From the NCBI GenBank assembly GCA_046563655.1, contig CM102287.1, forward strand, positions 3,968,001 through 4,032,000: a stretch of DNA of 64,000 bases, in the 5' to 3' direction. Below, piece after piece: positions 51,076 through 62,392 of this stretch. The notes beneath the pieces are model-generated. The model was not told where the DNA came from. It saw only the letters and a list, made by a program, of their open reading frames with translations, and made no database searches. Each line of letters opens with the position of its first letter. The stretch's first letter is position 1. The translations under genes and the position numbers were made by a program. This DNA is from Yuukianura sp. NJ FZ-2021 (Eukaryota).

Positions 51076-51410
51076 TTATAACTTGACAGGAAACTTCCCT
51101 TCGGCCAATTGCTCTTCCCATTTGTTGACCCAGGCATGTGGACACAATGACTTGTATGCATCATGGAAGTACTGGCAAGGAGCGTAGTCCTCTCCTCGCA
51201 GCTTTATACATCGCTGATAGTCCACGAAACTAGTGAAGCAGTGCCTGTAACAAAAAAGTAAGATGTAAAAGTTAGCCTAATTTTGCAACAGATTCGTCAA
51301 ATTGACCTTTGACCTTACTTGGTTTGATTCTGGTTTGGAAACCGTGGATCAAACGGTGCCGTGCGCATCACGTATGTCTTCCCCTCGTCTCCCATGGTAA
51401 GAGCAGGCAT
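51076..51410 (-). CDS. COX6B: Cytochrome c oxidase subunit 6B (86 aa)
   Basis: Exons 51410-51319 and 51244-51076 give MPALTMGDEGKTYVMRTAPFDPRFPNQNQTKHCFTSFVDYQRCIKLRGEDYAPCQYFHDAYKSLCPHAWVNKWEEQLAEGKFPVKL. Twin-Cys pattern and PFDPRFPNQNQT signature; AATAAA on minus at 50888-50893. Missed by the ORF track. Confidence 0.95.
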
Positions 51411-52195
51411 TAATTCGTTTCCCTGATTGATCAAGTAAAAAGACACAAAGGTTATTCAAATTAAACAAATGTGTAGAAGCTAGACGTAATCAGATTATCA
51501 GCTGATGTTTACTTAATTCATATCGCAGTACATCTCTATATGCTGTTTGACCTACTTTATTAAGCCTCGATCTCGAACAACATTAGCCTTACCTTCCCTC
51601 GCTGAACCTTGACCTCCCGGAGATTTTTTAGCTGGATCGTTTGTTCACCGCTCACAAAAATAGCAATCGGGTGTTGCGAAAAATTCTGAATTTGTACAGA
51701 TTCAGTTTCAGGGAAGGATTTGAGTAAATTCAAGCCTTGCGCATTCCGTTATCAGAGTACAGCCTGAGGAATTGGGGTGTCGCTACTGCGGCCAACATCA
51801 ACTTTTTTTCCATTGCCAAAAAAATCACGAGTTGAGTTTTTTTTTAGACCCGCTGGCTCGAAACTGACAGGATTTCTTTTGTGTTACTGCTCAATTTTTA
51901 ATTTTAATTTAAAGTTTTTGCTAATTCGTTGATTAACTATTTCAGTTTTGTAGTGTGCGAATTCTCATCATCGTCGCGTGTCTCTTCTTGGGTTAGGAAG
52001 AAACAGAAGGTAGGTTCGGTAATCGGTAATCTGGATATGGTAAATTTCACAGCTGGGTAGTAAAGAAAGAGCATTCAAATTACAATTGTTAGTCGTTGAG
52101 CTCAAGTTGACATTGATTGATTGACAACATAACCTTGTACATGTTATTGTTAGAGTTTAGACTTTAAAATTGTAGATTTGTTTTCAGGAAGGAAG

Positions 52196-55100
52196 ATGTC
52201 CAAGAAGTCACAGGGATCCTTTTCAAGTGCTATGGCACTGGAAGATCATTTTCCGGAAGCTGCAAATGGTGGAACAGGCGATGCAGCAGATGGACATGGC
52301 AAAGGTCGTGGTGGCCGGAAAGGTCAGAAGCACAGGGTATGTCACCAATACTAAAAAGTGTCATTCTTGTTATCATTTGGTAATTCATATGCAGAGTTAG
52401 TTTAATTAATAGCTTTTTGATTCTTTAGAATTCTCGATCTAAGAGCCATACTAAAGAAAACGGGCAAAGTTCAAAAGAACAAACTCCAGAAGCAAAGGAG
52501 AAACAAGGAAGCCCGCCTGATGCTGCAGTCACTGCTGTCCAAGTTGGAGGTTCGCCTAACGTTGAACCAGCACAGCCACTGTCTCCGTCAGTCAATAGCA
52601 GTCCGGAAACTAAAAACGTTTCCCAACCGACATGGGATGCAACTTCAACCGAAGACACAGACGCAGAAGCCTTTGTAACCGCCAACAACTCTTCCGAGGC
52701 AGACTCGATTAACGGTAATCTCGAAACTCCTGCTCCAGCTGTTCTCGGATCAAAGGAATACGAAGAAGATTTCCATAACTCAAACACTTCAATCTCCACT
52801 GGAACTCTTACACCTACCAACAATGAATCTGTTATCTACGACGACGAAAAAACGTTCAACAACTCTCCCAATGCTACTGGTCAAGTACTGCCCGGGGATG
52901 ATTCCAACAATCCAATTGTCCTAGACGAGTCAACAGCTGATTCATTTGAAGAAGGAGTTACCAACGCAAGTATTGCTGTTCAAATGTCCGATACTGTTGC
53001 AGATCCCTTGGCCTTTCAAAGTTTCATGACCGAATCATCATCGCTCGAGTCCTCACTTAGTTCCAGTCCACCACTGTCGTCTTCCAGAAGTGTTCCACCC
53101 GACTTGTCTACAATTCTGGAACAAGATAGAGATGATCATGTCTCTCAAAATAACACAACAGCTTCCATCATGTACCCGAATCTTCAAAATCAGCAGTTTC
53201 AAACATCAACTCCAATTGCTTCTAGCAACGTTTTTCCATCAAGACGTAATCGTACGGGGAGTAACGAAATGAACTTCACTACTGGCGAAGCTCCCAGCAC
53301 AATTTACGTTGCAGATCAAACTTCAACTGCAATGGATCAGGAAGACCGATATCCAACTTATGTTGCAAGAGCGAATCGTGCTTTTGTGGATTTAGAAGAA
53401 GAAGCAAGTGCAGGAGTCACGAAAGAGTCTGGAATTTGTGACATGTCGGCAACAAAAGATTTCAAGAATTCGGTTGAAAATGATGACAGCATTCCGCTGC
53501 CACCGTCAGCAAAAGAAGTCCAGAATACTGCAAGTCGTCAAGTGGCTGAAGAAGCTGAAAATGACGTTGTTGATGTCGAACCGAACGTTTGTAACGAACA
53601 AGTCGCCGTTTCGGTTCAAGCATCTGTCAGTACCGTACCGAAACCTACCGGTTCTGTTTCAAAACAACCCGTACCGGTATTTGATAGCCGTACCGAGTTG
53701 AAACCGACACCTACAGCGACACTTGAAGTTCCGCTGGAGAATGATCCGATATCAGATGCCGATGAAGAAGTGGAGGAAATCAACAAACCTTTTATGTTAC
53801 CGAGTACCGTTACGGAACTCACGGCAGCCAATGGAATCAAAGTCTATGTGGTCGGTACTGCTCACTTTTCAAGACAGAGTCAATTGGATGTGATCGAGGT
53901 AATTAAGAATTTCACAAAGTTCAAAAATTTCGAAAAAGTTCAAAATTGTGGTGAAATGTACTGATACTTTTTTTTTGAAAACAGACCATGGAGAAAGTCC
54001 AGCCAGGAATTGTGGTTCTGGAACTGTGTCGCTCACGCAGTGGAATGTTGAGTATGAACGAAGAAGAAATTTTGAGGGAAGCAGCCGACATGAGTCTGGG
54101 TAAGGAATTTTTCATTTTAGTTAATTAAACTTTGTGTTTATAGTTTCAATTAACTTAATTGTTTGTTTTCGTGTAGCAAAAATTCAGCAAACCATAAAAC
54201 AGAGTGGACCTGTCCAAGGGTTGTTGCATGTTTTGCTGCTGCAGATGACCGCATCGCTTACGAAGAAACTTGGAATGGCTCCGGGAGGCGAGTTTCGTGT
54301 TGCTCTTCAAGAGGCTCATAAAATTCCGGGCTGTAACATACACTTTGGAGATCGAAACCTCGCGGTACGGTTTTGACTTTGTTTCGGCCCTTTTGTTTTA
54401 GAAAATGTACCGTTTCGTTTTTTAACTTTTGGAATCTTGAATTTTTAGATCACATTGAACCGTGCCTTATCCGGCCTTGGATTCTTTCAAAAGATAAGAC
54501 TGGCATGGCACTTCTTGAGAGCCAACGATACCGACATTACGTAAGCTTTGTAATTTTAAAGTTTTAGGTTAAAGTTAAGTTAGATACCTTACATTAACTA
54601 TGGTTAAGCACTAACGTTGAAAATGGGCTCAAGCTCCAAAAGCTTTGGGTTTCATTAATATTCGATGGGCCTCCGGATGATAATTAGTCGATTCCGTCCG
54701 CCTAAGCAACAATAACTTAAAAACTTAACTTTTTTTTGACATGTTGTATTGTTGGATGTTTGTGTTATGTTTTACATATTTCCAGGAAAGAAGAAGTGGA
54801 AGCATGTAAGGAGAAGGATTTGCTGGAGAAACTGCTGGTAGAGATGGCTGGAGAATTTCCAGCGATTACTCGCGTGTTGCTGGATGAGCGGGATCTGTAC
54901 TTGGCCAACTCCTTGTGGCTCGCTGCTACCGGAACTCAGATTGATCATAGAGGCAATCTATTACGAAATACGAGACCGATTGTGGGAGTGGTTGGCATGG
55001 GTCATGTGGCTGGAATTACACGTAACTGGGGGCCTATCGATCCAGAAAAAATGGCTGAAATTGTTACGTAAGTTGAATTAATCATGAAATCAAGGAACCT

Positions 55101-55342
55101 GACGATTACTTTTCATTTGATTAACAATTCTTATTACATGTAGAATTCCGGAAACTCCTCTGTCGCATGTGATCATTGGAAAAGCCATTAGATTCTCCTG
55201 TTACACTCTTCTGGGCTTCGTCATCTACAAGAGCTCTCGGAAACTGTTTTCGTTTCCCTCTGATGCCATGATTTCCTCAGTAGTTGGAACGGCCTCATCG
55301 ACTTTTGCCAAAATCAACTCAAAGGTCACTGGAAAGTTTTAA
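52196..55342 (+). CDS. TRABD: TraB domain-containing protein with long acidic/Ser-Thr-rich N-terminal extension
   Basis: Exons 52196-52337, 52429-53898, then small exons. TraB motifs VYVVGTAHFS, VVLELCRSR, LGMAPGGEFR, GDR, LLDERDLYLA, VGVVGMGHVAGI; C-terminal hydrophobic anchor; stop TAA at 55340-55342. Confidence 0.9.
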
Positions 55343-55699
55343 TTGAAGTCAGCGCATGCTCGAGAATGAATTAAAGTTAAGATTGAGCGGAGACAAGGAA
55401 TTGACAGGGTGAGTTTTGAGTTCTCTTCTGGATTGAATGTATTAGGAGTTTCGTCCTGTTTCAGATTAACTACTTTTCATAGAATTTCAGAACTAACAAG
55501 TAATTAGTTAGTAAATGCTAGATGTAGTGCCTTTCTGTGTCAATTTGAGCATGAAATGTGTTTCCTATTAATTTAATTAATTTAGACTAAATTAGTTGGT
55601 AGTCTAAACCTATTAGAAGTTTCTCGATGATCAACTTCGGCTCAACTGTACCCTTGCCTTGTACCTAAAACCCTAGTACTTGAGTTCTAATTACTAATA

Positions 55700-55775
55700 A
55701 GTGTAATTACCGCTAGAGTAATTACTCTTAGTGTAATTACCGCTAGAGTAATTACTCTTAGTGTAATTACAGCTA
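55700..55775. repeat. 30-bp tandem repeat (2.5 copies) with internal palindrome AGAGTAATTACTCT
   Basis: GTGTAATTACCGCTAGAGTAATTACTCTTA at 55701 and 55731, partial at 55761. Confidence 0.9.
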
Positions 55776-56745
55776 GGTGTAAGAGAATTATGAATTAAAA
55801 TATATTTAAAGCTTTACTGTAATGTAAAGGTAACCGGGAAAATAAATTATTTGGATCAAGTATTTCGTAATTCGTAAAGTAATTAGTATAAAGTAATTCG
55901 TCTTTAGAAAATTAATTCGCAATTGCTAAAATTAGTAGCCACGCGTTGAACTTATTTGTGAAGCATAGCATTTTGGAAGTCTCTAAAGTTTGTTGATTCT
56001 ACGGTTTGTAGTGGAAAATGACAAAAGTTTTGTAAGTTTATAAGGTCAAGGTCAAGTAGAATTTGTCGAGGTCACCAAAGCTTTGGTAGGGGTCACAGCG
56101 AAGGTCAATCGATTGATCTTTTGTATCTTTTTGTACAGAGTGTCGGGTGTGGGTGTTTTGGTTTCATTCATGCGACGGTAGTAGTAGTGTTGTGGTATGA
56201 AATTACGCATTTTCACGCTCTTGTGTCCATATCCACTACTTGGTATTTCTACTCCTCCGTAGTAAATGTGAGTGACGTCAATCTTCTTCCCAGGAATCAA
56301 TGACCTCCAAGGTGACGAAGTGAGTCCCGTGACTGATACACATAGGAGACGCCATACTTTCAAATTATTGGTTTATATCCAAAGTCACTTTGGCAAAATT
56401 TTAATTCAATTAATCTGTTCTTTTTCTAACAGGAAGATTCTCGATAACTAGCGGCAGCGGCTGTCGTGGATGTAAAAGCGAAGGTATTTAGATCACATCA
56501 TCAATCGGGGTGAGTCACTGTCATCATCTTCTTTATCAGTTTGGTTCAGTCAGTTATCGTTACGTTACATTACATTACAGAATGAAATTCTGGATGGACA
56601 TGATAAAGTGGACACATTGAAGAATTAAGATCGCATTGACCTTTTGAGTTGCTAATCTTCTTACTTTTGATACATTGCAGGATTTTCGTGAATTTTGGAA
56701 CGTGTCAACTGAAATCGAGTGGACTAGGCTGACAAGGTTGCTGAA

Positions 56746-58369
56746 ATGTCGCTGAATACGGCACACACCGATGGGGGTGTGATTATACATCAGGGAGAGA
56801 TGTAAGTCAACGATTACACAAAAAAATCGGTGATTTATAACAAGAAATGGTGTTTGGGAAATCATTTTGTCGTTGATTTGTTTTCAGGATCTTGCTGCAT
56901 GCGAAATCGACATTGCTGAGTTTTTCTGGATCAGATGAATTGAAAAGTTATGGAGAACTGAGTGGAAACTCGTACTTGACGACTCATCGCTTAATTTTCT
57001 TGACGAAAGGATCCAAGTCCAATCTGAAGTCATTCTCACTTCCGTTTTGTGTCTTGAGTGAAGTGGATGTGGAACAACCAGGTAAGGAAGATCAACACTG
57101 GAAACCATTCCATACGATTTATAAACGATTCCTTCTGATTCTTTCTCTTTCTAGTTTTCGGAGCGAATTACCTCAAAGGTAAAGTGCGGGCACAACCGAA
57201 TGGAAACTGGAGAGGAGAAGCAAAATGGAAGCTTCAATTCAAGGCTGGTAAGTGTTGACCTTCAATTGACCTCAGATCTCTATTTCTTGGTCAATCTCAT
57301 CTCTTATTTTTGTAGGCGGAGCCATTGACTTTGCCCAGGGAATGTTGAGGGCTATTCACATTGGTGAGTTATGTTTTTTTGCTGTATGCAGTTGTTGATT
57401 TGATAACACAAGCAAAATTCCTTTCAAAACGCTAGTATGTGGATGGTTTAAGTGAAAAATCCCACTGAATTTGACGTTTTCAAAACGTATTTTTTGTAAC
57501 AATTTGCAGCACGGCAAACATCTGCCCAGAATCAGTACTGGAACGAACCACCGCCAGCTTACTTTGCTGCTACCGTAATTTGTCTAACCTTAACAATTTT
57601 GTTTACTTCTACTGTGGAAACTTATGTTGTAAGTGTATTTTTCTTTTTGTTAATCTTAGTTTATGCCAGCACCATCAGCATATTACGCTCCGCCTCCAAA
57701 TTACTACGGATGGAGCTATGAATCAGCCTACCAGTTTCCACCACCAGAAGGTAAGGCGAAGGCCAAGGCCTTACTAACTTCATTGTTTTTAGATTTGGAT
57801 GAAGAAAGTTTCAGCGTGGGACGACGATGAATTTCTTCTAATTGTTGTTCTAATCAAGATTGTGTTCTAAATTTTTAGTTGGGACTATTTACATCTACGA
57901 AGCTCCTCCTCCTTACCCTGGCATTGGCGGAGGAAATCCACCACCTCCACAGTACAGTGCTACTGGATATGGTCAACAGCCACCGAATGCAAACTACTAC
58001 AATGGAGTTCCACCACAGCAACAAAGTTATGGCGGCTATGCCCCACCACAACAACCCGGATACTTTCCTCCTCAGCAACCAGGATATTCCCCACCACAGC
58101 AGCCGGGATATGCTCCACCACAGCAACCAGGATATGCCCCACCTCAACAACCAGGATATGCCCCACCACAACAACCAGCATATGCCCCACCACAGCAACC
58201 AGGATTTGGATATGCTCCACCGCAGCAACCAGGATTTGGATATGTTCCACCGCAGCAACCCGGTGATGCCCCGCCGCAGTACACTCCGCAGTATAACCAA
58301 GCTGGACCCATGAATGGAAATGCTTCTTCTGCCCCGCCATACTCTGAATTGGACAAAAAGCAAAACTGA
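56746..58369 (+). CDS. WBP2: WW domain-binding protein 2 (GRAM domain + PPxY-rich tail)
   Basis: MSLNTAH...GE, YLTTHRLIF, SFSLPF, EQPVFGANYLKGKV, FKAGGAIDF; PPxY motifs (PPAY, PPNY, PPPYPG, PPYS); 7 coding exons with GT-AG junctions in phase. Confidence 0.95.
58032..58275 (+). repeat. Coding 24/30-nt repeat (GYAPPQQP) x ~9 in the last WBP2 exon
   Basis: Translation GYAPPQQP GYFPPQQP GYSPPQQP ... GFGYVPPQQP. Confidence 0.9.
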
Positions 58370-58860
58370 AACAGAAATACCGTTTGGACAATACCGACCA
58401 ACATCTCGAGGATACTGGTACGATACGGCAACATTTCCATTTAAACTTCGCGCTCTTTCCAATTAATGGTCTGATTGATGAATCGCTTCAAGCGAATTTA
58501 GGATTGAGCTTTAGTCATACACTGCAATTTACAAAATGAATTTCACTTAGGCAAAAAGTTTCAAAGTTTCGGCAAAAATTTTAATCGCCTACCTAACCTC
58601 ACATTGCTAAAATTCTCTAAAAAGTTATTTATGTTAACGTAAATATTCGATATGAACGGAATCACAGAATGGTATATAAAAATACACTTAAAGCTTAATT
58701 ACATTAGTAGTTAAGTGATTGATGAGGTTTTAAGTCTTCACTGGATCAATTGATTAAGATTCTGCGACACAATTAATCCGAAACTGACTTCAATTTCCAA
58801 ACTTACGTTGGTATGTTGTCCCAAAATCAAAATTTTGGCTCCGTTTCCTCAAAGTTAAAA

Positions 58861-61800
58861 TTACTTCTTGTGATATCCCTCAAACTTCCATTTTTGTGTG
58901 TCAATGTCTTGACAAGTTTCCATTGTCAGCTTGTCCCTCGTTTCTATTGCTAAACATTTATGGGAAGGACCATGTTTCACTTGTCCAGTCTAAAAAACAA
59001 AATTTCAATATTGGATTTCAAAATTTTGAATACATTTGAAATTTCAAAATGTTAGAGTTAGTAGCTCCATACCTCGTCGTCGTAAACCCAATGCTGATTG
59101 CCCATAGAACCGTGACAGGGATAAATCATGACGTCTTGGCCAGCATAGTCAACACACATTTCATCTCGTCTAATCTCACCAGTTTTACTGTAGCTCCAGT
59201 ACTGCAAAAATAGAAAGGTCACGAGGTCAAATTCAAAATTTCTTAAGTTTAACTATCGTAAACTAATTAATCGTCAATTAATTGTTGCTGTTTTGCTTAA
59301 TCATGGTTACCTGATTGCCACCTTGACCGTGACATGGGTACAATCCAACTGGTTTGTTCATTTGTTTTTTAGTCGCTGGAGAATCCAAGCACGTTTGCCC
59401 ACCAAGACCCAAGTTACGAATCTGAAATTTCCAAAATTCGAATTATGAGTATTCAAAACACATCGCGAACTTAAAATTAATTGAATTTTGCGTAATCCAA
59501 GTTTAATTTTTTTCTGTCTGGCAGTTAATTTTACCTCTCCGTGAGCCAGTGCTTCTCCAGGTATAAAGAGTTCTGGATAAATGTTGTCCAAGTACCACTT
59601 GAAGGATTTGCACTGCAAACGTTCTCGAATGGCCCTCCGTTGACTAACGTCTCCGTAGTTGCCTAAATCGTTTCCTATTCGTTGGTAGTAGTATTGAGCA
59701 TATTCATCCATCCACACCTCGGCCAGTCTCACCGAATTCCTGCGCAGGACGTTAACTCCTGAACCAAACAGCAACAAGATAATTTGAATTATAAAAATTA
59801 TAGTCAGTTATGAATTATAAGAATTATAATTTATGAATTATAAGAATTATAAAACCTTGTCGCCATTTGTAGGGTGATCGCTTCCGAAAAATATGCCCAA
59901 CTGGAACCAAAATCGTTAAAATTCTTTTCAAATATCACAAATCTTTCCTTTTTCAAAAAGCTGTTTGAAAATATCGATCATACCGTGAGAGCACGGAATA
60001 ATTTCCAGCGTTCCGCCACACATCCATGTCTGAAACAAGTTTTAAACACGCAATGAAACTCTTGAGTGCTTATTTTTGTTTTTCAGTTTCACTTTTAGCT
60101 TACCTTGAAACTTAACTCTAGATTTTCACCACCCCAAATATCTGAAATGAAAAAATGCAATTTTAGTCAAGATTTTTCACACTGATAAGAGCTTTTTGCT
60201 TTTTTGGAAATTGGAAATTTTGAGAATTTTTTTTATTTTACCAAATCCGGGATCGTAAGTTCCTAATTTCTCAAAAAATTCTTTGTTTATTGCAAAGAGT
60301 CCACCGGCCATTGTAGGACTAAAGACGGGTTCGGCAGTGGACTTCCTGCGTTTCCTCTCACTTTCTGGAATGGCATGCCAAGTAAACTGTAAATTCCAGT
60401 CGAATCCTCCCACACTAGTGGCCTTGCTGTCACCATAATGAAATTCCAAAGTGTCATCATCGATTACATCAATCACCGGACTGGAAAAAGAAGAAAAATT
60501 TAAAAAGTACTTTCGTAGTAGGAATGTGGATCTTCATCATCGCAATAAAGAAACTAGAAAGTTAATCTTTTAATAAATGTTGAAAATTTTGAAAATTACC
60601 AAACGACGGTTGTCTTATTTCTTTGAATTCGATCCAGCAGTGGCTCCAACCATCCAGTAGCTGCCTGTTTCCAGAAAAAGTATTGAAAACAAAATTTTTG
60701 ATAAACAGAAATTGTTTTCGAAATTTGAAATTTTTCGAAATGTGATGCTTACTTCCACATGTGAATCGAGGAATGTAAGAATAGGTGCTTTGGCATTGGC
60801 TGCTCCGAGTAGACGCGCTCGTATAAGCCCCTCCCTCTTCTGAGCCCTAATTATTTTAACTTTGTCACCAAATTGCAGGCGCATGTAATCCTCCAATTCA
60901 GTTTTAAGATGATCTAGAAACCAAAAACCATTTTTTGAAAATACAAAATCAAAATTTCATCGTTTTCATAAATTTTGGAGTGAATTCTGACCCATATCTG
61001 AGAAATCATCGACTAGGATTACTTCTTGGAGTAAATGTGCTGGCGAGCGGTCTACCACGGAATGAACTGTTCGTAGGAGGACGGACCAGGCTTCATTATG
61101 AAAGCAAATTACGACAGACGTAGGTTGGAGGTTAGTCAAGTATCGACCGGGTTCCTTACACCTGAAAAACACAAGAAAAAACGATTAAATGTAATTTAGT
61201 TGTTCACAAATGTAATTATAGAACCAAAAAAAAACTAAAAACTAAATTGCTTCCCCTAGACACACGACTTAATTAACCTTAATTAAATCCAATAATTTCC
61301 ATTTCCGTTTTCTTGGAAATTTGCTAAACTTCAACCAATCATCGACTTTTGGCGTGACTCTCTAAGAATTGCTTAAAAACGAAAATTCTCCAACAAATTT
61401 TGAAAATTCATTCCACTTGTCACAATTTGCAAGTCGGTCAAGGTAAAACGAGGCTAGCTGTGCAGAGCTCCACCCAAAATTTAAGAAAGCCACGCCCCTT
61501 TGTTGACCATTGTTGAAAGGCTAACTATAGAATGGACGATGATGATGCTTCTGCGCTTAACGGAATTGGTCAAATTGTCCTTGGTCATCGAGCCATGGTC
61601 GAAGGTGACACCGTTTCACGGCTTTATGGGCATCCGAAACGTAAAAATGGCAATTCAAGTTGATCTAACTGTATTAACTAAGCAGTTGTCAGCATCATCG
61701 TCCACTGTTTCCTTTGACATAGGATGAGTATGGGAGTTCCTGATGATGTGAAGATGACAAGCACAACAATTAAGCTTTTTTCGTAATTCAGAAACTCAAA

Positions 61801-62259
61801 AGCTTACCATTCGTCTCTTGGATCGGGCAATGTCCGCTTAACACTGATTAAGTCACTGACAAACTGATTAAACGCATTTTTCTTCCATCCTTCTGACACG
61901 AGCTGCTCTTGATCCTTTGTAAGGTTCGTCACTTTATAAGGTTTGCCCATTTCGCCCGGTTTTGGTTCCGGTGGAGCCAGTACGCCCAGTTCCACTTCAT
62001 TGTCAACCCCAACTGCATTGTCTCCCACGTCGTCACTCGGAATCGCTGCAACTGATCGCTTCACTCCAGCCCCACTTCCGACGGGTGACTTGACTTGTCC
62101 AGCATTCAACTCAGGCTGATTCAGTTTCTCTGGAGGCAGCATCACTTCAGGCCGAATTCCAATCCGATGAAATTCTGTGACTAGGAGAAACAGTAACCAG
62201 CATATTGGAACCAAAACACACACTTTGTAGAACAGGGACCGTTTTCTTGGAAGGATCAT
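58861..62259 (-). CDS. Pgant9: Polypeptide N-acetylgalactosaminyltransferase (GT27), Drosophila Pgant9/C. elegans gly-5-like, with ricin lectin domain
   Basis: TM anchor; [102 protein letters not shown]; lectin CHGQGGNQ and CHGSMGNQ; stop TAA at 58861-58863. Orthology is from remembered sequence similarity. Confidence 0.9.
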
Positions 62260-62267
62260 GATGAATG

Positions 62268-62392
62268 ATGCTGGCGAGTTGTGCTGATGCTGGCAAGTAC
62301 TTGGAGGGAAACTTGTGAAGATGCTGGCTAGTACTTGAAGATGAAGTTGTGCTGATGCTGGCTAGGACTTGAAGACTCAAGTTGTGCTGATA
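62268..62392. repeat. 34-bp tandem repeat (3.5 copies) in the probable GALNT 5' UTR
   Basis: GTTGTGCTGATGCTGGC(A/T)AG(T/G)ACTTG(A/G)AG-type units at 62278, 62312, 62346, partial at 62381. Confidence 0.8.

Noticed and set aside
57875..58462. Antisense and alternative-frame ORFs over WBP2 (also over 35513-37062 and 38609-40011)
   Set aside because: Shadows of repetitive or biased coding exons on the true strand.
62147..62380. N-terminal coding extension of the GALNT
   Set aside because: The listed ORF is in a different frame; the GALNT frame has an upstream stop near 62362 and no earlier ATG.
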